Source: Amoebidium appalachense
Lineage: Eukaryota; Protista; Ichthyosporea
Assembly (NCBI GenBank): GCA_963693365.1
Contig: CAVNZM010000007.1
Span: 10,041,962-10,105,961, forward strand
Reading direction: 5' to 3'
DNA length: 64,000 nucleotides
Shown here: positions 1-13,366 of the stretch, one piece after another
Layout of the letters: every line of letters starts with the position of its first letter
How positions within the stretch are numbered: position 1 is the stretch's first letter
The notes under the pieces: generated by a model
What the model saw: only the letters and a program-made list of their open reading frames with translations
What the model was told of the DNA's origin: nothing
Databases searched by the model: none
Program-made: the position numbers and the translations under genes

Positions 1-808
1 TGCGAGAGAGAGAGAGAGGGGGGGGAGAGAGAAAGAGACGAAAACTTGCGCGCACACCCCAAAACACACATACACATACCAACATATCAGAACAGCCTTG
101 GAATTCCAAGGCTTTTGTTTGTTTGTTTGTTTGTTTGTTTGTTTGTTTGTCTGTTTGTTTGTTTAATTGTTTGTTCGTTCGTTCGTTTTTTTTGTTTTTT
201 TCTTTTGGGGGGGGGGGGGGGGGGGGGGGGGAGGGGGGAGGGGGGGAGGGGGGAGGGGGGGGGGGGGGGGGGGAGGGGGGGGAGGGGGGGGGGGGGGGGG
301 GATTACGGAGTGGCGACATTTTTAGGATGTTGCTGAGGTGGTAAGGTAGACGGAGGGGGTGCGACGGGAAAGTGGGAGGGAAGGGGAGGGTCATGCTTCG
401 GATGCACAAAACACCGTCAGTGAGTTGCATGCTGTAATTTTATTTATAGATAATGAGTGCGGGCCAAGCCCACATAGTCCATGGTGGCCAAACAAAACAC
501 CTAGTGCTTTAGTGTGACTTATCGATATGCCATGGGGCATATATATCACATCAAGAGCACTTTGATGGCACTCATCTGAGATAACATGACAGGTTGCGGC
601 AAGTGGCAGCATCATCGTTTCTAAGCCAACTTCCGCACAGTGTCAATAATGAATAACCCACTGGACTGCCTAAATATAATGCTCTAATTTACATTACCCA
701 CAGCCTATATTTTCCACGGTGCCAAAAACAAACATCACTGCAGCTGTGCAAGGAGAAGGGCTTCATATGAACACAGCCTGTGCTTTGTGTGCACACAGTC
801 AGATGAAA

Positions 809-1726
809 CTAGGCCGAGCCACCAACAGAGCCCCCAGGAGATCCACCGTCCGTAGGCCCACCGGCAGGGGGGGTAGGGGTGCTTGAGCCAGAGTCGGTGG
901 GCGGGGTTGGGGGGGTGGCACCAGTGGAACCGCCAGAAGGAGCCGAATAAGAGTTGCCGGGCCCAGCAACATTGCCGTCCCACGCATGGGGGGCACAGCA
1001 CTGGGACTTGCTGCACTTGGGCACGCCCTCATACTTGCCACTGTAGCGGGTGCAAAACTTGCCAACCTGCAGCACCTTCCCAGACGGGCACGTGACATGC
1101 TTGGCCGCGGCATAGCAGTCGCAGCGCCAGTCGTAGTTCTTTTCGGGCTGCGGCACGTAGGGAGGGTACTGCTGGCACACGTGGTCGGGCTGGGGGTTTT
1201 CGGTGATCAGGGCGCAGCACTGGTCCTTGCTGCACGGCCCAATGCCGTTCTGAGACGTGGCGCTCGGGCCGTCCAGGTTGACCTTCTCGAAGCACTTGTA
1301 GCCCTTCAGCGTGTCCTCCCACCAGTTCTTGCGCGGCCACCCGCAGTCGTCGCCGCCGCTGGTCCACTGCCAGCAGTCGCTCAGCACGCGCACATAGGCC
1401 TTGCAGCAGTAGTCCTTGCCGCATGCCGTGTTGCCGCTGCCCTGCAGCGTGCAATCGCGGTCCTCCACGCCGTTGTTGCATTTAATGCTGTTGTCGTTGA
1501 CATAGGTCATGCACTGTGTGGTTGGTGGGGGGTCTTGGGGGTTGCAGCAGCGCTTTTCGCTGCATGAATCGCTGTTGGTAAACGTGGAGGGGTTGCAGAA
1601 GTTATCCGTGTTTGTGCCATGGAAGCACACCGTGCCCGAGTTGGGGACCCACTTGGCGCACGAAATCAGGCTGGTGCCCATGGCGGCACCAAGAAGGCCT
1701 GCGCCCACAACAAAGCGGAACACCAT
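809..1726 (-). CDS. Intronless secreted cysteine-rich repeat protein, 305 aa
   Basis: ORF from the ATG at 1726 (MVFRFVVGAGLLGAAMG, signal-peptide-like). Four 6-Cys modules end in C-x4-CC (CSEKRCC, CGKDYCC, CSKDQCC, CSKSQCC), followed by a Gly/Ser/Pro/Thr tail. Codons are GC3-rich. TATATA lies at ~1821-1826 upstream. Confidence 0.85.
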   Translation of the reverse strand: MVFRFVVGAGLLGAAMGTSLISCAKWVPNSGTVCFHGTNTDNFCNPSTFTNSDSCSEKRCCNPQDPPPTTQCMTYVNDNSIKCNNGVEDRDCTLQGSGNTACGKDYCCKAYVRVLSDCWQWTSGGDDCGWPRKNWWEDTLKGYKCFEKVNLDGPSATSQNGIGPCSKDQCCALITENPQPDHVCQQYPPYVPQPEKNYDWRCDCYAAAKHVTCPSGKVLQVGKFCTRYSGKYEGVPKCSKSQCCAPHAWDGNVAGPGNSYSAPSGGSTGATPPTPPTDSGSSTPTPPAGGPTDGGSPGGSVGGSA

Positions 1727-3001
1727 CTTCAGTATCGGCCTGTGTTGGAAGTTATTGAAGTCGTCTATAGCAGCTTTGACAAAGCACAGACTGATGGAGG
1801 AGCCTGTGATTGAGCGAAAATATATACCCACGGTGAAATCCCAGCGCACCAATCAGCGTAATGCAATCTATTATGTTATGCTGACAGAGAGAGGAGGGTA
1901 ATCTTTGACCAAATCGGCCTTCAACGTTGGAACAGTGCAACAATACAGATGTTTCTTGGAGTTATCCATTAAATATAACATTATGTATGGATGTTGTTGT
2001 TTTATATAAACGGTGTCATATTCTATGTAGATAATATTAGCATTCAATTCATGGCATTTACCGTATGTATACGTTGTCTATCAAATTAGGTTACCAACTT
2101 ACGACATGCATCCGGCAGCCGGCAGGCCAAGAAGGAGTTTGCATCGCTCAGTGTTATCATCTCTGGCATGCGGCGGTGGCAGGGCCACTGGGCCATACGG
2201 GACATACGCCATAATAGGAGTTCTCTTCGCATAGGCTTATGCATATTCACTGTGGCATTTATAGCCAACATAATACTGAGAAGGGCAGGATACTGTCTCT
2301 TCGGTTCTTGGTTTTACATAAAGGGCACAAATATGGAGTACGGCTCTTATGCATGAGGCTCGCAACCGTTTTCAAAATCCGGAATAAATGGCGATCCTGC
2401 CAGGAATGCCTCATCTTCTGCTTTTTGGCGCCAGATCTTCCGCCAGATCCCGAGGGCCGAGGCACGCCGCACAAGGTTCAAGCAGTATCCCCATCATGGC
2501 CCACTGTGCCCACGTGGGTTAAGTGATTGGTGCAGCACTTCGTATGCATATGGACCTCCTGCCCTTCTACGGCATGCAAGAGCTCGAGTCAGGTGCTTGC
2601 GCACACTGTGCATAGCTCATAGACAACAATGCATGCCGCGCCGGGATCAGTTATTAGTTAGCTAGTGTACATGTTCACCAATGACCACGACGTCTTTCCC
2701 TCCCCACCTCTGGGGCTCACCTCCCCCCTCCCCTTTTCCTCCCCTTCCCCACAACCCTCTCACACAGAGACAGTGATAAAAACACCTCCGGAACGGACAA
2801 CCATTAATTCCCCTCACAGTGGGCCCATGGGCCCGCCCCCACCACCGAGCTAACACTATTTGATCAAGGACGTTCTCCCTGGTGCATATGCATGTCCGGA
2901 CCCGGCGGTGCACGTGCCCTCCCGTTTTTGCCCTCACTCTAGTTCCGTTGCGATCTCTACCCATACAACTCTGCACGGGCCATCCCTGGCACCCCCCCCT
3001 C

Positions 3002-3036
<35 letters not shown>

Positions 3037-3714
3037 ACCACCACCACCACGCCCCCCGCCCCCCTCCCCCCAGCCCTACCCCACAACCACCACCACCACC
3101 ACCATCACCTGGTGCATGACCGATAGTCCCGGTTTATTATGACTTATTGGGAGAATCTGATAGGGGTCCCCCCCCCCCCCCCCCCCCCCCCCCCTCCCCC
3201 CCCTCCCTCCCTCCCTCCCTGCCCCCGCCCCCCTCCGTTCCCCCCCCCTCCCCCCCCCCCCCCCCCCCCCCCCTCCCCCCCTGCATTCCCTCGCCCCTCC
3301 CCTCCGGATCCCCCCCCCGGCCCCCTGTGCCCCCCCTCCACCCCCCCCCCCCCCCCCCCACCTCTCCCTCCCCCCCGGTGGCCCCTATCTGAATCTTTAC
3401 TGACCAAATTGGAAACCTGTAATCTCATCCTGAATGGCACCCTCCTACAAATAAACTAGCGAGGCAGGGGCAAAAATAATCGGAACAATTTATTTTTTTT
3501 TGAATTGCACCGAAAACTCACCCATTATCAGCCACAAAGTTTCAAAGTTGACATAGAAGAATCATGACGACAAAATAAAATGGTAAAGGAGTAAAAGAAT
3601 ACTGGCATTTCGAATTTGATACGCGGAGGGGACCACCATGCGCGGGCTGGTGGTGTTTGAGGGGAAGAGGGAAGGGGGGGGGGGGGGAGGGGGGGGGAGG
3701 TAAATTGGAAAATC

Positions 3715-3754
3715 TCTCTCTATCGCTCTCTCCTGGTTACACTCCCTCCCCCCT

Positions 3755-3832
<78 letters not shown>

Positions 3833-3853
3833 CCCCCCCCCCCCCCCCCCTCT

Positions 3854-3912
<59 letters not shown>

Positions 3913-4078
3913 CCCCCCCCCTCCCTCCCTCTCCCCATCCCTCCCTCCCTCCCTCCCCCTCACCCACCCCCCCCCCCTCTCTCTCCCCCTCTCCCCCCCC
4001 CTCCCCCCCTCCCCCCCCCTCTCTCTCTCTCTACCCTCTCGCTCTCTCGTTCTCCCTCTCTCTCTCTCTCTCTCTCTC
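3715..4078. repeat. (CT)n/(GA)n microsatellite interleaved with poly(C) runs
   Basis: Seen directly in the sequence. Confidence 0.95.
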
Positions 4079-4991
4079 CCCCCCCCCCCTCTCCCCCCCC
4101 CCCCCCCTCCCTTCCTTCTCCCCCCCCCCTGCGGTCCCCTCGCCCCCCTCACCCCTTCGGCCGCCACAACTGTATATCAAATCATAGTAATATCTCTCCG
4201 GGCAGAGTGGGAGTAGTTGGTACCCTCATGCAGTGGTTACACAGTTGATCTCACATTTATGTTCGATCTAATTCTGCCTATCCATTGTGTTGTATGGGCA
4301 CTCGCATTCGCCCCTCCCCTCCTCGCCCCTTCTTCCGAGTCTCTCCTCCTGCTACGCCCTAGCCAGGGTTTCTCACCATGATATAACCTGTAACAGTCCC
4401 TCACCCGTACTACATTGGTGTGCCAAACCCCTCCATCCCATACCTCCTTCACCCGTCTGTCAGACCCCCCTCCCCCCCCCCGTTCCCCAGACCCCGCCTC
4501 ACGGTTTTCGGCACTGACACGACCTATCCCACCGTAAGTGGACACACACGACGTGCACACACTAACCTGCATGCAGGTACACGCAGATGCCCTCGCACAA
4601 TAAATTGTTTATCATATGCACATGCACTCAAAGCGCCCCATTTGCGCACATGCTACACGTTCAGCTTGGTGAAAGTCAGTTGTTAACTTGCACACGTATT
4701 CATGCGGTGTCGTGAAAGTTTGTGCAGGCACACGCTGACAGAGGCACACACGCACACACACACGCACACACGCACGCACGGGCGCGTGGACGTACGCGCA
4801 CGACTGCACGCACGTGCACACACACACACACGCACACACGGGCGCACGGATGTAAGTGCACGCACGCACGAACACATGCACACACGCACACACGCATGCA
4901 CGCATGCACACACGCCTAAATCTGAGAGAGAGAGCCAGATGCTTTAGGAAAAGGACAAGGACGGGGAATGGAAGTTGGTTGGTATGCATAC

Positions 4992-5525
4992 ACGAGTGTG
5001 GTGGTGTTGTCCGTGGGTGCACTGTGGGCTCGCCTAAGTGGGCTCTTGGCTGATGGGTCGGTGCCCTCTGCAGTCTGCCCACTGTCCCTCGGTCTGGGCT
5101 GGATGGCCCGATGCCGTACACGTGGCCGATACATTTGGCTGGCATCTGATTGGCTGAAACCACTTGACGTGCGCCTGGCAACCGGTCGGTGATTGGGTTG
5201 CAGTTGGCTCAGGAATGTGCTATCGGGTGTTCCTCCCTGGGTGCTAGCGAATGATGAGCGACGCCTCGCAGACAAGCCATGGGGAGATGGGCCCTGTGCC
5301 TGTAACAGGGTGACCGTGCAAGACATCATCAAGGGGTCGCGCTTGTTGTGGTGGTGGCAAATACAGACCCACAAGACAGCTTCAAAGCTATTGCGGACGC
5401 TTAAGCAGCCACATGTGTGTGCGCCCCTCCTGCTATTCGTCTTTCCACTTCTCAACCATTAAGTTCAGGATATTCACCCCACGCCACCCTCTCCCCCTCC
5501 CGGGCCTCCCTCCCTCCCCTTCCCC

Positions 5526-5556
<31 letters not shown>

Positions 5557-6194
5557 ACACACTCCCCCCCCCCCAAAAGAAAAGAAAAGAAAAGAAAAGA
5601 ACAGAAAGAAAGGGGGGCAAAGGGTCCCTAGCTTAACAGTACCTTGCCTGATGTACGATATCGGTAGGCCTTGTATGCCTCGTCGACCCACCGAGATTGG
5701 AATTTCAGCCCTGCCCACGCCATTATTTCATGCGCCTGCACCTGCCCTATTGGGGCCGGCATGCGTGGGTCGCAGTCCACCACCACCTCCACTGCTCCCC
5801 AGTCACTACCCCTCACTCCTCGCGTCTCATTCATGTACGCCTTCTCCCAATTATCTCTGTAGATGTCGCGGTATTTGGGTGCCATCGACGACAGCCGCGG
5901 TTTCATCGAGCTGTAGAAACGGCCATTCTCGGGCTGCTCGTTTGCTGCTGATGCATGCAACGTGCGTAGTTGAGTGGCGATAGTCTTAATGCATAGAATA
6001 TCACAAATGCTAAAACGGGAATACCACATCAAGAAATTGACCAGTTGATCTCTATCCTCCCCATCACGCAGATAGAACCAAAGGCTGTGCTTGTCACCGT
6101 TTAGCCGAAAAAGTCGCTGTGGTGAGAAAGAGATGCGGGCTTCTTCAGGCGGTCCGGGGGCTGCAGAGGGGGTGAAGAGGTCACCCGTGTCCAT
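4992..6194 (-). CDS. Hypothetical protein, first two exons only; 3' exons unresolved
   Basis: Exon 6194-5643 (MDTGDLFTP...RYRTSGK|gtactg) lies in the complex 224-aa ORF 5628-6302. It joins in phase 0 to exon 5299-~4993 (ttacag|AQGPSPHGLSARRRSSF...). The start could be the upstream ATG at 6302. No recognisable domain. Confidence 0.6.
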
Positions 6195-6699
6195 TGGAAT
6201 GCAGCAACAGTATGTTGTGTTTACGCATGTGCACAACATTTGGTCTTGTTGGTGTTCGGCGGTGCCGTGTGCTGGGTACGAATACATAGGTGTGTGTGCC
6301 ATGATGCTATTTCAATGTCGATGTGAGTAACCACCAGTATGGAAGACCTTGGCTGGGCTGAAGACTGAAGTTGTGATTTGCACTTGTTTGGACGGAGTGC
6401 CCGTTATTACTGCTGAGTAGTATCGTTCGCTAGCGCAGGTGCCTTCTTGTTTGCAAGTTAATCATGGCTCAGCAGGCCAGAACGAATTTTTTTGTCCATG
6501 TGTCACTGCACATCAGTCTCGTGCACACTGGTACTGTTGCTCGGCCACTGTGTCGATTTCGACCTGGGTAAAACGTGTGGTAATTTTTTTCACATTTGTA
6601 CATTGAAAACGTAATTCAAGTCATAGTCGTGCTAACGACAGTAATGTCACAGTGACGGGCATATGCATGTTTGATGGGTTGACTGTGACAGTGTGCGAG

Positions 6700-6917
6700 C
6701 CTGCAGGCGTGTGTGTGGGTGCGCACACGCGCACGCGTGTTTGTGTGTGTGTTTGTGTGTTTGTGTGTTTGTGTGTGTGAGTGTGTCTGTGTGTGTTTCT
6801 GTGTGTGTGTATGTGTGTGCGCGCGCGCGTGCGCGCGTGTGCGTATGCGCACGCCACACGTGTGTGTGTGTGTGTGTGTGCAGTGAACGTACGCGTGTGC
6901 TCGTGTGTGTGTGCGTG

Positions 6918-6992
<75 letters not shown>

Positions 6993-7072
6993 CCCGGGGT
7001 GTGTGCATGTGTGCGTGTGCGTGCGTGTGTGTGAGGGTGTGTGTGTGTGTACGGGTGTGTGTGTGTGTGTGC

Positions 7073-7131
<59 letters not shown>

Positions 7132-7228
7132 GTGTGTGTGCACGTGTGTGTGTGTGTTGGGTTTTTATTTGTGTGTGTGCGTGTGTGTGTTGTACAGTGT
7201 GTGTGTGCGTGTGTGTGCTTTTGTGTGC

Positions 7229-7260
<32 letters not shown>

Positions 7261-7261
7261 C

Positions 7262-7317
<56 letters not shown>

Positions 7318-7340
7318 GCCACCGCGTTTGTGTGTGTGGG
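6700..7340. repeat. Compound (GT)n/(CA)n microsatellite
   Basis: Seen directly in the sequence. Confidence 0.95.
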
Positions 7341-7920
7341 TGCACAGTATATTATACACTTTTGTGTACCTCAAAATATGTGCTGTGGTTATTATGGTGG
7401 CTAGCTTTTGTTATCCACTACTTATGACACAAGTAGTAATCCCTCTCCGATGATGAGTACATTGATGTATCAGCTGAGTATCAGTCTATGGCAAAGGCCG
7501 CTGCGCATGTGCTCGTGATAGATAGACCTCCACAGTGCAAGTGCACGTACGTACTGCTGTGCATGTGCAAGCTGTATACATGGTTCAAAGGGCTATGTAT
7601 GGGCTCAATGAACATGGGTGCACGGCCTATTTGGCGGTCGACATGGTTGTGGATAAGGGTTCCGGGAACTTCTGCACCAGTTGCGGTTCGGGACGATCTT
7701 AATGGAATTCGAATCTACGGAGTTCGCCGCACACTAAGGACAGTTTTCGTAAGGATATATACTATACTTTAATCAGTTTTACTTCAAATTTGATTCTGCA
7801 CTCTCTAAATTTTATATAGAAATGATATATAGACCCTCTTGTGGCTGTTTTTAGTCGTTGCACATATGCATTTCGATCTAGGCGTTGAAATCTGTTGAAA
7901 TTCATATGGCAGATTAAAGG

Positions 7921-7980
7921 CCAATCAAAACTGTAGATTAGAGCGGTCAACCAATCAGCACAGGGATGTGTGTAGCCAAT
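7921..7980. promoter_or_regulatory. Triplet of CCAAT boxes
   Basis: CCAAT at 7921, 7951 and 7976 (25-30 bp spacing), beside AT-rich intergenic DNA upstream of the orphan gene. Confidence 0.35.
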
Positions 7981-8194
7981 GAGCTTTGAGGATCTAGCTT
8001 GCAAGATCCAAGGGTGCCCGCAAAAATTCACGGCGCCGCATGCGCACTACGATGCTGCACACCGTACACCACATGTAGACTAGGCCTAGCTCACCAAGCC
8101 CCAAATTCGCGGTGGCTAGCCAAAAAAAAAAGGAAGAAGAAGAAGAAGAAGAAGAAGAAAAATAAAAAGAAAAGAAAGATGGGAGGGGAGGGGG

Positions 8195-8243
<49 letters not shown>

Positions 8244-8719
8244 GGCGCGTTCAGCGCTGCAGAGTGAGTGACCCAATAAGGTCGCCAGCATACCATTTAT
8301 TAGTGTTCGAAAGTCGCCGGTTCCCAAGGGGGCATCTTGCAGAGTGCAGCTCTGAGTGCTGCAGCTGCTCGCTGCCTGGTATTTTGTGTGGAAGGTCTGG
8401 TACATGCACTGAAATGTTACCGTGATGGTGGTAGTACATTCCATTGGAGCTAATTAGATGTTCCTTTCGTTACTGTACGTGTAGCAAGAATCTGCTTCGC
8501 CCGAGCCTAATTTTTATCATCCCAAACCGTGCCTACGTAGACATTCTATAACTATCCGTAATAAACCGAAGCTAAATTTAACATCCCTTGGACACAAGCC
8601 TTCCTCGGCCATTCTAAAAATACAAAACGATCCTTCTTCTATCAGAGCCCCCTGCTGCTGTTGGCGTTGAACCACAGCAGCTGGCCCAGGGTACTATATC
8701 ATACATGGAGACAGGGTGG

Positions 8720-10140
8720 TTACTTGTCGTCCGGATGGGCACCACCCCTGTATGATGATGCGCCAATGAAAAAGTCCCTGAAGTCTCTGCGGGGTTGGTC
8801 GGTAACATCAATCCCAATTATCCAGCCACTTTTGATGCTGACATACCATGCCCAAAACCCACCCACTCTATGAACGTTCATACTATGCCTCCCACGCCCT
8901 CTGGGAGAGCACAGATTAACATATGACCATGCCTTGCCCTGCTTCACCTAGCTTTTTCACCCACGGACCAAACGACCAAACATTCATTCATTTCAGTCCC
9001 CCCCCCCCCCCCGAGCTCCCCCCATATTATGCACCACAACCGACATATTGATCAGTGGCCACCCACCTGTTCATGTGCAACCCGTCGGGACTCAGAATAA
9101 ACGGCGGGAGGAGGGGGGTCACGTGGGGATTCTTGAGCAGCGCTCTCTCGGCACCAAACTGTGGGGGTGGTCGGTGTTACTTGAGGAGGATATTTACATA
9201 TCTATCTGCTTTGTTTGCAGCCCAACACATACAGAGTCCTTTCTCGTACCATCAGGCAGTCCAAGGACTTGGATTCCCACAAACACCACCACCGCCCCTT
9301 AAAAGTCGTCATGATTGGCCATATAGTCAAATACACGATACCATCACTGGGTCGGCAGGGAAACCCTGCAGATAATATTGGAAGGGAATTGAGAGAATCC
9401 CAAAAAAAGGACAAGAGAAGAGGTTGCTTACCTTGAACCCAGGCAGACCGGTGCTGTAGAGAATGATCTTCCACCCAACCTGTGTGCACATAGAGAGTTA
9501 GTGCAAGCTCCACACACTAGCCATGCCTTCGGGTTTCGCACAATATGTTCAGTCCATACACTATGCAGTTAGAGCTAGTATGGTTGATGTGGAGAGAAAA
9601 CGAACTCCACTAAGGTAATGAAGGTGCATAACGTTTTCAAGTGGGTCTGTGCATGTTTGCGTGTGTGTGACTGTGTGTGTGTGTGTGGTGGGGCGGAGGA
9701 GGGGGTTTCCGGGGGGGGGGGAGAGGGGGGGGAAGGGGGGGGAAAGGGGGGGGAGGGGGGGAGGGGGGGGGGGGGGGGGGGGACAGAAAGAAAGTGAGAA
9801 ATCTCTAAGGCAGAGCCCGGGCACGCGAAGAGTCCCGAAGCCGCCAAAGGAAGGATCATATTAAATAGGGTGTGTGGGTGAACGGCAGTAGGCACCAGGA
9901 ATGTTGGTGGTTGTTGTGTTTGCAATGGCATTATAATGCTTGGGAGATAGCTGGGGAATGATGGCCTGCGAGCTCATGGGAACACAGGTGGTGAAAAGAA
10001 AATGAAATGCTCTGCGTAACAGGAAAAAATAATTGGATTGCCAACTTCCAAGTTTACAGAGAAGCAAGGGGTCGAGAAGAAAGGGAGAACTGGAGGGGGA
10101 GGGGAAGGGGCGGAGGGGGAGGGGGGAGGAAAGGGGGGTT

Positions 10141-10171
<31 letters not shown>

Positions 10172-10508
10172 GACGGGGGCGGAGAACAGAGGGGTGTGGA
10201 GGGGATGAAGTATAATACGAATTGAGGGCACGAGACAGAAATACGGAAGGTCCTTGAGTGGGGTAGGTGAGGAGGGAATGTGCATTACGTTGGCCATGCC
10301 CAGGCTCGGCTACACTCAACATGATGCAGACAGACAAAAACACACAAAGGGCTCTGAAACAAGCAGAATGAAAGTACCACAACCGAGCAGGCACACTGGC
10401 AACGAAGGGATTGTGTCGGCCATGGGTGAAAGGAGGAATGGGCAAGGAAGAAGATGGGGGGAGAGGACGAGGAGGTAACATGCCGTGACAGAAGAAGTCC
10501 GTGGTGGG

Positions 10509-10550
<42 letters not shown>

Positions 10551-11833
10551 GGCAGGGATAGAGAATCAGAGAGGGGGAGGAGGGGGTGAGGGGAAGCAGG
10601 GAAAGGAGGGGGGGGGGGGGGGGGGGATGGGGGGGCATCCACCTCCATCATGTTGACCAGCACACAGTTCCTCAGCTCGCATGCCAGCAGCTGCAGCCTA
10701 TTGGCCACGGGGTCACTCTCCAGCTCCTGCACATAGGCCGTCCATGCATCCAGCCCCTTGCTGTACACCCCCTGTGAAACATGCACTCGCTTAGAAAGTG
10801 TGTCTTCCCAGTGCCCGCCAAAAGCTAGCCTGCCCCCTCCCCCCTCTCCCTCCCCCCTCCACCTCCTTACCTCCCCCCAACCCCCCCTTCTCACCCCTCT
10901 CTCCCTCCCTCCCCCCCCCCCCCCCCCCCGTACCTGGTTTCCATTTTAACCTCCATTCTTTCTATTTCTCTCAGCCCTCCCCCCCCTCCCCCCCTCCCCC
11001 CGTCCCCTACTCCTTCTCCACCCTTCCTCCGTTTTTGAATGTGTGGGTTGGAGGGGCAAGTGTGTGTGTGTTTGTTTGTGTGTGCGTGTGTGGGCGGGGA
11101 GGGGGGGGGGGGGGGGGGGGAGGAGGCTCCCGAGGGGGTGGGGGGGGGGGGGCGTATACCTCGTGCTTCTGGTAGATGGCATCGAAGGACTCAGCCATGT
11201 CCAGCAGTGCCTCCCTCTCGCCTGGCCTTGTCTCCCACACCATGGCCGTGGCACACATCAGACCAAATACCAGCCCCTGCAGCACACAACGTGAGCACAC
11301 TGCTAGCACGTGCACAGGCAACTGCGCATAAACACATGTCTGGATTTCAGGAAAATTCTGTGGAGTTTTGGGGGGTTGTTGCCCATACAAAGACGTCGTT
11401 GAAGACGAAAAAACAACAAAACTGAGAAACAGGCTATAGGTGTAGAGCAATAATGCACGGATGGACTATGCAGAATCCACCACACGTGAGGATGCATGTT
11501 TGGATACTCAACCCTGATTGACAGCACACTGCATAAGAAACCATGCCTGCTATAATCTAATAGTTATTATTAGGGGGACTCACCGTGCGGTCGCAGCCCG
11601 ACTTGCAGTTGATAGCCGTGACGATGTCGAGGGCACAGTTGGTGATGGACAGCAGCAGCAGCTCCTACACGCATGTGAGACTTGTGAGCATATATCCCCC
11701 CTACCCTCCACCGATCCCACATCTGAACACAAAAACAAAAGGAAAGAGCAGACAAGTTTTGACACAAACATACACCTGCCTGCACAAACACAGACATACA
11801 CATGCATACACACATGCACGCACAACACACACA

Positions 11834-11871
<38 letters not shown>

Positions 11872-12521
11872 GGCACGCACAGGCACGAACGCACATGCAC
11901 GAACACACACATACACACAAACATACCCACACACTCTATCTTTCTCGAATCGGTGCAGGAATAGCTCAAAGTTTCTTGTGCATTGTGTGTGTTTGGTGGT
12001 GGTTGTTGCAAAATGGTAAGCAACCAAGGAGGGGGAAAGGCGAGGGGCGGAGGGCGAGAGGGTGGAGGGGCCAGCTTGTGGGTGAGAGGTACCTGGACAC
12101 GTGAGAGGTTGTAGGATTCACTGCGGTGGGCCTGCAGCAGATGCAGCATGGCCTGGGGGGGGCACGGTCAGTGTGTGCACGTGCAAGTAGAGGGAAGGTT
12201 GTGTGGGGGCACGTGGGGGGGAGGGGGGGACGTGTTTAGGGGGGGGGGGGGGGGGGGGGGCGGGGGGGAGGGCAGAGCAAGGGTAGGAAGGGAGGAAGGT
12301 CCCTGGATGTGCAGCAAAGATCTAAAACTAGAGTTATGTTGGCGAGCTTCAAGATGAAAACGTGCACTGAGGGATGTATGAAGAGAGTGGGAGTGTGGAG
12401 ATAGAGTGTGGGTGTATGGAGGAAGGGAATGATGGCAGCTGGGACTGAAGGCGCAAGAAGCAAGGAGACACCTAATGTTGAGGAAAATGGAGGGAGTTGG
12501 GGGCGGGTAGAGGGTGTCTGT

Positions 12522-12569
<48 letters not shown>

Positions 12570-13321
12570 AAGGGGAGAGGGATGGAGGGGGAGGCGATAG
12601 CCGGAACCAAGGAATAGGTGACATACTCTGCAGGCACAGACGAGGTCTCTAAGACGCATGGCGGGGGTGGGTGTTGGCTTTGAGGTGCGCAGGGCTGCAC
12701 GTATGAGGTCTCTCCAGCCCTGGCCAGCCACATCTGCAGGCACCACGGTCTGCAGGGGCTGGTGGCTGTGTTAGCACACACAGGGCCACAATATGATAGC
12801 AATTGCATGTGCTGATTACAGCCTGGCAAAAGTGCTCCCGTGGGCGCATATGTGCACTAGGTTACCTGGACACTACAGTTCACTCAGGCAACTTCTACCC
12901 CTCTCAGAATACACTCCAATAACTCGTTAAAACATATGATGTATGTGTAAACATTCTCTCTCTGAAACCATGCAAAGTGATTATTGTGTTACCTTGAGGG
13001 CGTCCAGCATAGCCTGCAGTCTCCTAACCACATCCCGGTCCACCTCCCAGTATGTCTGCATTCAGACCGTCAGCTCTTGCTTAGGAGATTCCTCCATCGC
13101 CTCCCTTCCCCCTGCCTCCCTGTCCCCCTTCCTCCCCGCCCCCCCTATGAAACACAAGAACACACACGGATAAATGATGTACCTGGAATCATCTAGTGGG
13201 CTCCTCCTTCCCCCCCCCCCCCCACACACACACACACACACCCACCCCCCCCCCCCCCCCCCCCCCCAACACACAGCACCACCACCACCACCAAAACCAC
13301 ACACACACCCGAAACCACCAA

Positions 13322-13366
<45 letters not shown>

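Noticed and set aside
2086-2610. Minus-strand frame with only three stops in ~170 codons (pseudogene or stop-codon reassignment)
   Set aside because: No recognisable homology. Confident genes here end in TAA, TAG and TGA normally, so reassignment is unsupported. It could be the 3' end of the orphan gene.
6616-7453. His-Thr / Cys-Val repeat ORFs, and similar poly-Pro, poly-Gly and Arg-Glu ORFs throughout (e.g. 38594-40063)
   Set aside because: Translations of (CA)n, Cn/Gn and (GA)n microsatellites, with no coding signal.
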